DNA of 64,000 nt from Candidatus Eiseniibacteriota bacterium. Lineage in GTDB: Bacteria > Eisenbacteria > RBG-16-71-46 > CAIMUX01 > VGJL01. This document shows, one piece after another, positions 11,087 to 19,987 of the stretch. The stretch is taken from positions 544,001-608,000 of the forward strand of contig CAWBWI010000006.1 in NCBI GenBank assembly GCA_963792585.1, written 5' to 3'. The translations under genes and the position numbers were made by a program. The notes under the pieces are model-generated. The model worked only from the letters and a program-made list of their open reading frames with translations, was not told the origin of the DNA and ran no database searches. Positions within the stretch are counted from its first letter, which is position 1; the number at the start of each line of letters is the position of its first letter.

Positions 11087-12000
11087 ACCGTCTCCTCCTT
11101 CCAGTTCCGCTCGCGGCGCCTATCCTCGATTCGCATCATCGCAGCCGCCACCTCGGCGCCCAGCAGAAAGACGATCCCGGCGAAGTAGACCCATAGCAGA
11201 ACCGCGAGCGCGGATCCGAGGATCGGGTAGGCGCTCGCGTAGCGCTTCTGGATCAGATAAGCGGACAGGACCTGCCGTCCGACCTCCCACAGGGTCGCGG
11301 TGAGCCACCCACCCGTCAAAGCCGCCCGCCAGGGCACGCGCCGCGCGGGGATCCAGCGGAACAGCAGGGTCACGATCAGCCCCGAGGCGAAGAAACCAAG
11401 CCCAAGCTCGGTCAGCCGCCAGCTTGCCGCCAGATCCTCTCCCGACTTGCGCGCCACCGTGTCGATCGTCACGTCGACCACCAGCGAGATCAACGCGAGC
11501 AGGGCCACGCCCGCGACCAGGAGAAAGGAGACGAGTCGCGTGCGCAGGAATCGGAGAATATGAATCTGCAAGGGGACAGGGTCCGTCGAGACGCGGAGGT
11601 CCCAGACCACCTGCAGGGAATTCTCCAGCATCCCGAAGGCGCCGGACGCGGCGATGAGCAGCGTGACGCCGCCGAGGATCCCGAGACTCTGCCGGGCCGC
11701 CTCGGTCGCGGCGAGGGCGTCGATGGCGATCTGCGCCACCTGCGGGGAGACGGCGTTCGCGATCAGCCCCGACAGGGAGAGCTTGAACGACGCCGCGCCC
11801 GCCCACGAGTTGAGCACGAAGCCGAAGATCGACGTCAGCAGGATCAGGAGCGGGAGCAGCGAGAAGATGCTGTAGAAGGCGATCGCGGCGCCGAGTTGCG
11901 TGCACCGATGGCGGTTCCAGCCGCCCCACACCTCACGGATCAAGAGCCCTAGCCATTGCACCGGGCGATGAACGACACGCCCCGCCGATGCGTTCGCCAT
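11083..12000 (-). CDS. YihY/virulence factor BrkB family membrane protein
   Basis: GAAIAFYSIFSLLPLL, LFRWIP, ASAYPILGSALAVLLWVYFAGIVFLLGAEV. Confidence 0.88.
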   Translation of the reverse strand: MANASAGRVVHRPVQWLGLLIREVWGGWNRHRCTQLGAAIAFYSIFSLLPLLILLTSIFGFVLNSWAGAASFKLSLSGLIANAVSPQVAQIAIDALAATEAARQSLGILGGVTLLIAASGAFGMLENSLQVVWDLRVSTDPVPLQIHILRFLRTRLVSFLLVAGVALLALISLVVDVTIDTVARKSGEDLAASWRLTELGLGFFASGLIVTLLFRWIPARRVPWRAALTGGWLTATLWEVGRQVLSAYLIQKRYASAYPILGSALAVLLWVYFAGIVFLLGAEVAAAMMRIEDRRRERNWKEETV

Positions 12001-12007
12001 CAGGGCC

Positions 12008-13163
12008 TCAAGGGAGGAAGCGGTCCCTGTGGGCTAGCTTCGCCGGGAGGTACTCGTCGATCACGTAGTTCAGCCCCCATTTGGCCAGCGCCTGCTGCTC
12101 GGCGCGAACCCCCATCTGGAGCAGCTTCTCCATCGGCCTGCCGCCACGGGCGGTGCCGCTGGAAGAACGGGTCGTTCTTGATCGCGTCGCGCGCCCGCTT
12201 GATGTCGACCTCCTTCAGGGGGTGGGTCGGCAGCTTGTAGTCGACGATGTCCTGCGGCGTCACGCCGAGAAAGCTCGCCTGCGGGACGCAGAAGAACTGG
12301 TTGATGTGCGCGGCGTTCCCCGACCCGACCTTCAGGGTTCGGTAGATGTTCGAGATCCCGTACGGATCGCAGTCGACGAAGGCGTAGACCGGGATCTTCC
12401 GCTCGTCCGCCAGCCTTCGGATGAAACGTCGCGTGGCGCGCGTCGGCACGCCCCCCATCGATATCAGGATGCATTCCGCCGTCTTCCAGAACTTGTGGCT
12501 CTGGAGCCGCTGGAACATACCGCCGGTCTCGATGGCGAGGACGAATTTCGCGTCCGTCTCGAATCCGAGGTGCTCGACCGAGGAGGGAATCGAGTAGGCT
12601 CCGCTCCCGAAGCGTGTGCAGTCGATCCGCTCGACCTCGCCGGTCTCGAGATCCGGGTCGAGGACGATCAGATCGCCCGCGACCGCGCCACCGTGCTCGT
12701 CCGGGATGAAGCGGAGCTGCTCGCGGTTGATGTCGCTCTGCGAGAAGAGCGCTTCGATGTCGTCCATGACCGTGTCGGATTCGACCTGATCGTGGAACAT
12801 CGCGTCTCCCCAGTTCTTGGACTGGTAGTAGGCGTCTCTCTTCGTGGCGAAGTCGTTGTTCTCGATCAGGTCCTTCGAAAGCGACATCATGCGTAGCGTC
12901 TGCGCGAAGGTCTTCACGGTGTTGACGGTCAGCGTTCGCACCTTCCGCTGGCGTCCGATCTCGAGGAAGCCCTTCTTCTCGGAGTACGAGACGTTGCCGA
13001 GCGAGCGGACGGGGAAGCGCATCTCGGGCTTCAGCCGCCTGTTGATCTTCTTGTGGATGTCGGAGGCGGTGTCGGCGATCAAGGCGACCGTCTGCTTGTC
13101 GAGCTTCTTGTTGCGGTCCTTGACATCCTTCAGGGCCTTCGCGTCGAGTTTCTTGGTCTTCAT
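12008..13163 (-). CDS. top6A: DNA topoisomerase VI subunit A (Spo11-like); frameshift near 12135
   Basis: Catalytic TKRDAYY, Toprim IETGG and DCDPYG. The true C-terminus (MEKLLQMGVRAEQQALAKWGLNYVIDEYLPAKL) lies in the adjacent frame and ends at TGA 12008. Confidence 0.93.
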
Positions 13164-13188
13164 GGTTTCCTCATCGCCCGCGGAGGCG

Positions 13189-15012
13189 TCATTCCTCGCC
13201 GTCGGCGCGCGTGCGACTCCGCTCGAGCACATCGGTCAGCGTCGCGACGGTCTTGTCCCGATCGGGATCGCTCAGCTTCAAGATCTGTTGCAGGGCGATC
13301 CCGATGTGCGGAATGTACTTCTGTATGTAAGAGAGCTTCTTGCCTTCCTCGTGCTCGCGCCGGCGGCGATTGATGTGCAGGGCGAGCCGACGGCCGCACT
13401 CCTGCAGCGCCAACCGGATCTCCTTGAGGATCTCCGGATAGTGCGCGATCGCCTCCTTGCTCTCCGAAGTGAAAGGCACCCACGCCGAGACGATGTGCAC
13501 GAGCAGGATCGCCGGCCCGACGGGCATCGCGCCCCGCGGCTGCTGCACCTGGTAATTGCGCCACTCCACGCCGATGACCCCTTTCGTCACGGCGCAGGCC
13601 GATTGCTGGTAGAGCAGCGGGACGCGGTTGGCATAGCGGTAGAGGGTGAACGAATCGTCGGCCGGCAGGTCGCCGCCCCAGGCGATCCCCGCCTCGACCA
13701 GGAACGGGTTTCCGCGATACACCGACGGAGGACGGCTCACGACCGCGTAGTAGTCGGCCCTCAGCTCCTGCTGGAGCGCGCGCAGGAGGAGCTCCTCACC
13801 AATCGGGACGATGCAATTCGTCGGCGGCGCCATGAGCTTGATCTCGTTCATCGACTTGTGAAGGCGTTCCGCCTCGGCGAGGCCGATCTTCGCAGGTTTC
13901 ACGTTCGGATCGAGGCCCGCCTTTTCGGCGATCTCGTCGGCCACGCGTCCCGTCACGCGGGAGAACTCGTTCTGAAGGAACGTGGCCAAGGTCCGGGCTT
14001 TGCCCGGGTCCTTGAGCATCTTCATCAGGAGCCCGAGTTCCACGCCATAGGGGTGCGGCTTGATCTCCTTCGGCTCGGGCGGCAGCTCGTCGCTCACCCG
14101 CTCGAAGACCTCCGCTTCCGCCGGCCCCTCACTCGACGGGGGAATCCAGGTGATTCGGGCGTGCGGGTTCGCGATGGCGACCTGGCGCAGGTAGCCGTCG
14201 ACCGAGTGACGGCCCTTCTTGTACGTTCCGGCGAGCGTGATTTCGACGCGCGTGCCGTGATCGGGCTCCCATTCCGTTTCGCGCTCGACCAGGATTTCCG
14301 GACGGTTTCGTTGCGTGTCGATCTTCAGTTCGAAGTAGTGCGCCGGCTGTTTTGCGCCGATTCGAGAGATAATGACCATCGGCCGGCCGCTCGTGAGCAT
14401 GCCGTACATGCCCGCCGCCGAGATCCCGATCCCCTGCTGTCCCCTCGACTGGCGAAGAGTGTGAAACTTCGAACCGTACAGGAGCTGGCCGAAGATCTTC
14501 GGAATCTGCGCCCGAACGATTCCGGGGCCATTGTCCTGGACCACGATGCGGAATCGATCCTCTCCGGACGGCACGATCTCGACCTTCAAATCGGGGAGGA
14601 TTCCGGCCTCCTCGCAGGCGTCCAGAGAGTTGTCCACCGCCTCACGAACGGTCGTCAGGAGGGCCTTCGAAGGATTGTCGAAGCCGAGGAGGTGCCGGTT
14701 CTTCGCGAAGAACTCACTGACCGAGATATCGCGCTGCCGCGTCGCCAGCTCGGCCGCGGACCGGCTCGTGCGCACCTCTTTGCTGCGGCCGGCCCGAGGA
14801 ACCGCCGGGGGCGCCCCCGCGGGAGGGGCTTCCCGTTTCGGCGCCGCAGCCGGCTTCGGCTCGGCCTTCGCGGGGCGCGGGATGGCGGGCATCCGCTTGC
14901 CCGTCCCTCTGGACTCGGGCGTCTCCGCGGCGCCGAAACTCACCTCAAGCTGCTCGACCGCAAGGCGTTTGGCTGTTCTGGTCTTTCGTTCCTTGTTCTT
15001 GACCGGCACCAT
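13189..15012 (-). CDS. top6B: DNA topoisomerase VI subunit B (GHKL ATPase)
   Basis: ISVSEFFAKNRHLLGF, REAVDNSLDACEE, DNGPG, GSKF, SRGQQGIGIS, YANRVPLLY, WRNY, PFTSESKE. ATG 15012 follows a GGGAGAG SD, then a low-complexity K/P/A-rich N-terminal extension. Confidence 0.95.
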   Translation of the reverse strand: MVPVKNKERKTRTAKRLAVEQLEVSFGAAETPESRGTGKRMPAIPRPAKAEPKPAAAPKREAPPAGAPPAVPRAGRSKEVRTSRSAAELATRQRDISVSEFFAKNRHLLGFDNPSKALLTTVREAVDNSLDACEEAGILPDLKVEIVPSGEDRFRIVVQDNGPGIVRAQIPKIFGQLLYGSKFHTLRQSRGQQGIGISAAGMYGMLTSGRPMVIISRIGAKQPAHYFELKIDTQRNRPEILVERETEWEPDHGTRVEITLAGTYKKGRHSVDGYLRQVAIANPHARITWIPPSSEGPAEAEVFERVSDELPPEPKEIKPHPYGVELGLLMKMLKDPGKARTLATFLQNEFSRVTGRVADEIAEKAGLDPNVKPAKIGLAEAERLHKSMNEIKLMAPPTNCIVPIGEELLLRALQQELRADYYAVVSRPPSVYRGNPFLVEAGIAWGGDLPADDSFTLYRYANRVPLLYQQSACAVTKGVIGVEWRNYQVQQPRGAMPVGPAILLVHIVSAWVPFTSESKEAIAHYPEILKEIRLALQECGRRLALHINRRRREHEEGKKLSYIQKYIPHIGIALQQILKLSDPDRDKTVATLTDVLERSRTRADGEE

Positions 15013-15152
15013 GCTCTCCCTCGTTTGGTCATCCTGCGGGAAATCCCCAATGAGAGAAGCAGATATGATCTCCCCCTCCAAGGGGTAAAAAGGAGCCGTT
15101 CCGTGGTCTCGCTCGATGATCGAGGCCATCAAGCTGCCGGTAGACGTCGAAA

Positions 15153-15171
15153 CCCGTTTGTACAAAACGGG
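15153..15171. promoter_or_regulatory. Inverted repeat CCCGTTT-GTACA-AAACGGG, candidate operator in the divergent intergenic region
   Basis: 7-bp arms, with a nested perfect 10-bp palindrome TTTGTACAAA at 15157-15166, between top6B and the AT-hook gene. Confidence 0.45.
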
Positions 15172-15223
15172 AGCCGGCCTGCGTCGAGCGGCGATGCTCA
15201 GGCCCGAAAAGCGCACTTTTTCT

Positions 15224-15252
15224 TTGACAGGCGTGCACGACGCGCAAATACT
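15224..15252 (+). promoter_or_regulatory. Sigma70-like promoter for the AT-hook gene
   Basis: TTGACA-N17-AATACT preceded by a T-rich tract. Confidence 0.5.
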
Positions 15253-15400
15253 GCCTCTTGGTGCGTCTCGCGGGGGCGCTGTCATTGTGCGCAGACCGCG
15301 CATATGTTCGCACGGAAGCCGATCGTTCCCGCATGTTGGTGGTCCGCCCGTGCAGGATTCAACCAGGGGAACCTCCCCTGAAATGACGGGAGATGAGAAT

Positions 15401-15886
15401 ATGCCCGCTGCAAAGAAGGTTGTACGCCGGCGCCGGGCCGTGTTGGATCGTGCGCAGATGAAGCAGCGCGAGATCGGCATCATCGGCGACCTGAAGGCCG
15501 GACTGCTGAGCTATCGCAAGATCGCCGACAAGTGGAAGGTCTCCCTTCCAACGGTGAACGCCAAGGCCCGCAAGGCCAATATCCACCGTCCTCGCGGCCG
15601 CCGGCCGGTTGGCGTCAAGGTAGTCCCTGTGAAGATCGGCCGGCCCGTTGCGGCGCCGAAGCGGCGCGGCCGTCCCCCCAAGAAGGTCGCGGCTTCCGTG
15701 GCTCCGATCGCGATGAAGGCGAAGCCGCGCAAGCGCGCCCGCAAGGCAGCCAAGGCGAGGGCCGCCGTCGTCCGTCGGCCGAAGTTCATGGACGCTTTCC
15801 GTGAACTCCTGCTGCACCATTACCCGGCTATCGCGTATGTGAAGGTCAATCGCCTCGAGAAGGTGCTCGACAAGGAACTCTCCTAG
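15401..15886 (+). CDS. Highly basic HTH + AT-hook / histone H1-like putative nucleoid-associated protein (161 aa)
   Basis: About 29% K+R by manual count. HTH-like LSYRKIADKWKVSLPTVNAK, then GR motifs RPRGRRP, KIGRP and KRRGRPPK, then a K/A/P/R-rich tail. Confidence 0.8.
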   Translation: MPAAKKVVRRRRAVLDRAQMKQREIGIIGDLKAGLLSYRKIADKWKVSLPTVNAKARKANIHRPRGRRPVGVKVVPVKIGRPVAAPKRRGRPPKKVAASVAPIAMKAKPRKRARKAAKARAAVVRRPKFMDAFRELLLHHYPAIAYVKVNRLEKVLDKELS

Positions 15887-16003
15887 CTTCACAGCGATCG
15901 CGAAGAGGACCCGGGGCATCGAGCGTCTCCATGGCGCGCAGGCCCCGGGTTCGCGTTTTCCCGCCACGGGCACTCCGGAGAACCGCCGTGACTGCGATTC
16001 CCT

Positions 16004-16033
16004 TTGACACCCACGCTCCCCGCTTCCTAGACT
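16004..16033 (+). promoter_or_regulatory. Sigma70-like promoter of trpS
   Basis: TTGACA-N18-TAGACT, with an AAGGGAGG SD further downstream before the TTG start. Confidence 0.5.
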
Positions 16034-16085
16034 CGAAGCACTCAGGAGACGACAGTTCTGTTGTAATTATAAGGGAGGCCATCAG

Positions 16086-17081
16086 TTGAAGCCTTTACTC
16101 TTCAGCGGCATCCAGCCGAGCGGCGAGATCCACTTGGGGAACTACTGCGGGGCGATCCGCAACTGGATCCGGCTGATGGACACCCATGAGTCGATCTTCT
16201 GCATCGTCGACTACCACGCGATGACGCAGCCTTACGATCGCGACCTGCTCGCGCAGCGGACCTTCGACGCCGCCCTGGTCAACATGGCCGCCGGCCTCGA
16301 CCCGTCGCGGTGCCGCATCTTCGTCCAGTCGCATGTCCCGCAGCACACCGAACTGGCATGGGTCCTCAACACCGTCACCCCGATGGGCGACCTGTCCCGC
16401 ATGACCCAGTTCAAGGACAAGTCGGCCCGCGGCGAGGAGTACATCAACGCGGGCCTCTTCACCTATCCGGTCCTTCAGGCCGCCGACATCCTGTTGTACA
16501 AGGCGGTCGCCGTGCCCGTGGGAGAGGACCAGATCCAGCACATCGAGCTCACACGCGAGGTGGCGCGGAAGTTCAACGCCCGCTTCGGCGAGGTTTTCCC
16601 CGAGCCCGCGCAGATCGTGCCGAAGGAAGGGGCCCGCATCATGGGCCTCGACGGCAAGTCGAAGATGAGCAAGTCGCTGAACAACTACATCGGCCTGCTC
16701 GAGGCGCCCGAGGCGGTCTGGGAGAAGCTCCGCCCGGCGAAGACCGATCCAGCCCGCCTCCGCAGGACGGACCCGGGGAATCCGGAAGTCTGCAACATCT
16801 TCACCCTCCACAAGAACTTCTCTCCCGAATCCGACCAAGCCGAGGTCGCACAGGGCTGCCGGTCCGCGGGCATCGGCTGCATCGACTGCAAGAAAGTCCT
16901 CCTGAAGAATATGATGGCTACCCTCGACCCGATCCGGCTGAAGGCCGAGGAGCTTCGTGAGCACCCCGAGATCGTCGAGGATGCGATCGAGAAGGGCGAC
17001 GCCGGTTGTTCGGAAATCGCCACGAAGACGATGGACGAGGTCCACACGGCGGTTGGCGTCCGGAAGAAGCGGAAGGGCTGA
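16086..17081 (+). CDS. trpS: Tryptophan--tRNA ligase
   Basis: FSGIQPSG, HLGN (HIGH), YPVLQAADIL, VPVGEDQ, KMSKS, GCIDCK. Confidence 0.97.
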   Translation: MKPLLFSGIQPSGEIHLGNYCGAIRNWIRLMDTHESIFCIVDYHAMTQPYDRDLLAQRTFDAALVNMAAGLDPSRCRIFVQSHVPQHTELAWVLNTVTPMGDLSRMTQFKDKSARGEEYINAGLFTYPVLQAADILLYKAVAVPVGEDQIQHIELTREVARKFNARFGEVFPEPAQIVPKEGARIMGLDGKSKMSKSLNNYIGLLEAPEAVWEKLRPAKTDPARLRRTDPGNPEVCNIFTLHKNFSPESDQAEVAQGCRSAGIGCIDCKKVLLKNMMATLDPIRLKAEELREHPEIVEDAIEKGDAGCSEIATKTMDEVHTAVGVRKKRKG

Positions 17082-17243
17082 CCGAACCGCCGGCCGGGGG
17101 GCCAATCGGGCGACGGATAACCTCCTCGCGTCCGTCGTATAAGCGCGCAAGATTCGTCCTGGCCACCACTTGACCCGCCGCACCCTCGGGAGGATGCTCC
17201 CCTCGGATCCCCCACAGCTTCCGTGCAATCCGAGGAGGTTTCG

Positions 17244-18129
17244 ATGGATCGACGCACACTTCAGCCAGCCTTGCTCGAGCTCGTCCGCAAGACGTCGGCG
17301 GAGCTACCCGCGGATGTCTCCAAGGTCATCCTTCAGTCGCTGCGCAAGGAGGCCAAGGACACGACCGGCCGCTACGCCATGGAGGTCATCCAGGCGAACA
17401 TCGCGCTGGCCGAGGAGAAGAGCCTGCCGCTGTGCCAGGACACCGGTTCGATCCTCTTCTTCGTGCACGGCCCCGAAGGGACTCGATCAGGCCGCCTTCC
17501 GTGCGGCCGCGGAAGCGGCCGTCGTCGAGGCGACGAAGGTCGGCTACCTGCGTCAGAACTCGGTCGATTCGCTGACCGGAAAGAACTCGGGCACGAACCT
17601 GGGTCCGGGCAGTCCGACAATTCACTTCGAGCAGTCGAAGGGCGCGTCGGTCGACGTACGCCTGATCCTCAAGGGAGGAGGTTGCGAGAACGTCGGAGCC
17701 CAGTACTCCCTTCCGAACACCGCGCTTGGCGCAGGCCGCGATCTTGCCGGCGTCGAGAAGTGCATCCTCGACGCGGTCAATCAGGCGCAGGGAAAGGGGT
17801 GCGGCCCCGGTGTCCTCGGCGTCGCGATCGGCGGCGATCGCGGCTCGGGCTACGTTTATTCCAAGGAGCAGCTCCTTCGCACGCTCGACGACAAGAACCC
17901 CAGCAGGGACCTCGCGCGGCTGGAGAAGAGCGTCATGGCGAGGGCCAACTCCCTCGGGATCGGGCCGATGGGATTCGGCGGAACGACGACCCTGCTCGGC
18001 TGCAAGGTCGGCGCGCTGAACCGTCTCCCCGCCTCCTTCTTCGTCAGTATCTCGTACATGTGCTGGGCGTATCGGCGCCAGGGGGTCGTCCTCGACTCCA
18101 AGGGCCGGATCCGCGAGTGGCTCTACTGA
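17244..18129 (+). CDS. Class I fumarate hydratase, alpha subunit; frameshift near 17480
   Basis: PLCQDTG in one frame, then GYLRQNSVD, KGGGCEN, GKGCGP, GIGPMGFGG, RLPAS in the other. Confidence 0.88.
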
Positions 18130-18142
18130 GGAGGATGATGCG

Positions 18143-18730
18143 ATGAAGCTCGAAGCGCCGTTCACGGAAGCGAAGATCCGCGCCCTCAAGGTCGGAGAGA
18201 TCGTCGAGATCAGCGGGGTCGTGTTCACGGGCCGCGACGCCGTGCACAAGTACCTGCACGACGGAAACCCGCCGCCGGTCGACCTCGCGAACTCCATCAT
18301 CTACCACTGCGGGCCCGTCGTCGTGAAGGAAGCGGGGACGTGGGTGGTCAAGGCGGCCGGACCGACGACATCGATCCGGGAGGAGCCGTACCAGGGAGAT
18401 TTGATCGGCAAGTTCGGCATCCGGGGCGTGATCGGCAAGGGCGGGATGGGGCTCAAGACCCTGGCCGCCTGCAAGGAATTCGGCTGCGCCTACCTGCACG
18501 CCATCGGCGGCGCGGCGCAGGTGCTCGCCGATACGGTGACACGCGTCCGGGGGGTACACCTGATGGAGAAATTCGGGAGCCCCGAGGCGATCTGGGAATT
18601 CGAGGTGAAGGACTTTCCGGTCGTCGTCACGATGGACGCGAACGGCAACAGCCTCCACAAGGATCTGCAGGCCGAGACGACCGAAAAACTGAAGGAGATC
18701 TTCGCGGAGATCGACCGGAAGAAAGCGTAA
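18143..18730 (+). CDS. Class I fumarate hydratase, beta subunit
   Basis: TGRDAVHK, YHCGP, AAGPTTSIREE, IGKGGMG, PEAIW, MDANGNSLH. Confidence 0.93.
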   Translation: MKLEAPFTEAKIRALKVGEIVEISGVVFTGRDAVHKYLHDGNPPPVDLANSIIYHCGPVVVKEAGTWVVKAAGPTTSIREEPYQGDLIGKFGIRGVIGKGGMGLKTLAACKEFGCAYLHAIGGAAQVLADTVTRVRGVHLMEKFGSPEAIWEFEVKDFPVVVTMDANGNSLHKDLQAETTEKLKEIFAEIDRKKA

Positions 18731-18740
18731 CGCTCCCGGC

Positions 18741-19983
18741 GTGCTCGCACACCTGTACAGGACGAGCCGCGCGTTCTCCCGCAACGCGCGGCTTTACCTC
18801 GCCGGTACCTTTCTCATGGGCCTCGGGCACGGCAGCCTGTGGGTTCACATGAACCTGTACTACCGCACGCTCGGCATCGGCGAGGCGACGATCGGGCGGA
18901 TCCTGTCGATGGGAAGCCTCGGCACGGTATTGATGTCGATCCCGGCCGCCGTGTGGGTCGACCGGTTCCCCGCGCAGGGAATCTTCATGCTCGCGGCCGG
19001 CGGATTCGGCGCCGCCTTCATGCTGCAGCTGTTCATCCCCTCTGTCCCGCTGATCCATCTCGTCTCGCTCGTTGACCGGGATGCTCTTCACCGTGCACTG
19101 GGTCGCCGCGGCCCCCTTCTTCATGCGCAATGCCGGACCCGACGAGCGGACCGAGCTCTTCGGTTTCGCATCGGCGCTCGAGACGCTCGCCACGATCGCG
19201 AGCGCCTTCGGGGTCGGATTCGCCGCGCGCCGTCTCGGCGCGTATTTCGGCTCGGAGTTGCTGGGCCTCCGCTACGCCCTCGCGACCACGGCGTTCCTGA
19301 CGATCTTCGCAATCATTCCCTTCGCCCGCATCCGGAGCGCACCCCTCGCCACCGAGCGCCGCAGCTTCGTCCAGTACTTGATGGCTCGCGACTTCCGACT
19401 GCTCGGGAAGCTCACATTCCCCGGGTTCCTGGTCGGCTGCGGCGCGGGACTGACGATTCCGTTCCTGAATCTCTACTTCCGCGACCGCTTTCATCAGGAC
19501 CCGCAGCAGATCGGCGGCTTCTTCGCCGTCGCGCAGATCCTCACGATGGCGGGCTTCCTCATGGGACCGATCCTCGCGCGACGATTCTCCCACGTCCGCA
19601 CCATCGTCCTCACGGAACTGCTCTCGATTCCGTTCTTCCTACTGCTTGCGATCGCCGGACAGCTGTGGATCGCGGTCGCCGCCTTCTGGATGCGCGGCGC
19701 GCTCATGAACATGAACCAGCCGGTATCGTCCGCATTCGCGATGGAGGTCGTCCCCCCGGACCAGCAGGCTTCCACGAACAGCATGCGGATGCTCGCCTGG
19801 AATCTCTCGTGGATGGTCACGACCCCTCTCGGCGGTTGGCTGATCGAGCGGCACGGCTTCACGCCGAACATGATCGCGACGATGGGGCTCTACCTGGTCT
19901 CGGCGGCCCTCTTCTGGGTCTACTTCAGAGACACGGACATCGGTCCGCCCCGCGCCATTGCCGTCACGGATGAACGCCCCTAG
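18741..19983 (+). CDS. MFS transporter; frameshift near 19070
   Basis: ORFs 18741- and 19072-19983 give about 12 TMs, with IPFLNLYF and MRGALMNMNQP. Confidence 0.82.
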
Positions 19984-19987
19984 CGGC

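Noticed and set aside
12844..15381. 845-aa plus-strand ORF and many other long antisense or alternate-frame ORFs
   Set aside because: Shadow ORFs expected at high GC; no motifs, and they lie opposite or over well-supported genes.
3900..19100. Programmed frameshifting or phase variation at the scattered indels
   Set aside because: No consistent slippery heptamers or long simple repeats, and the affected genes are unrelated. Assembly error is more parsimonious.
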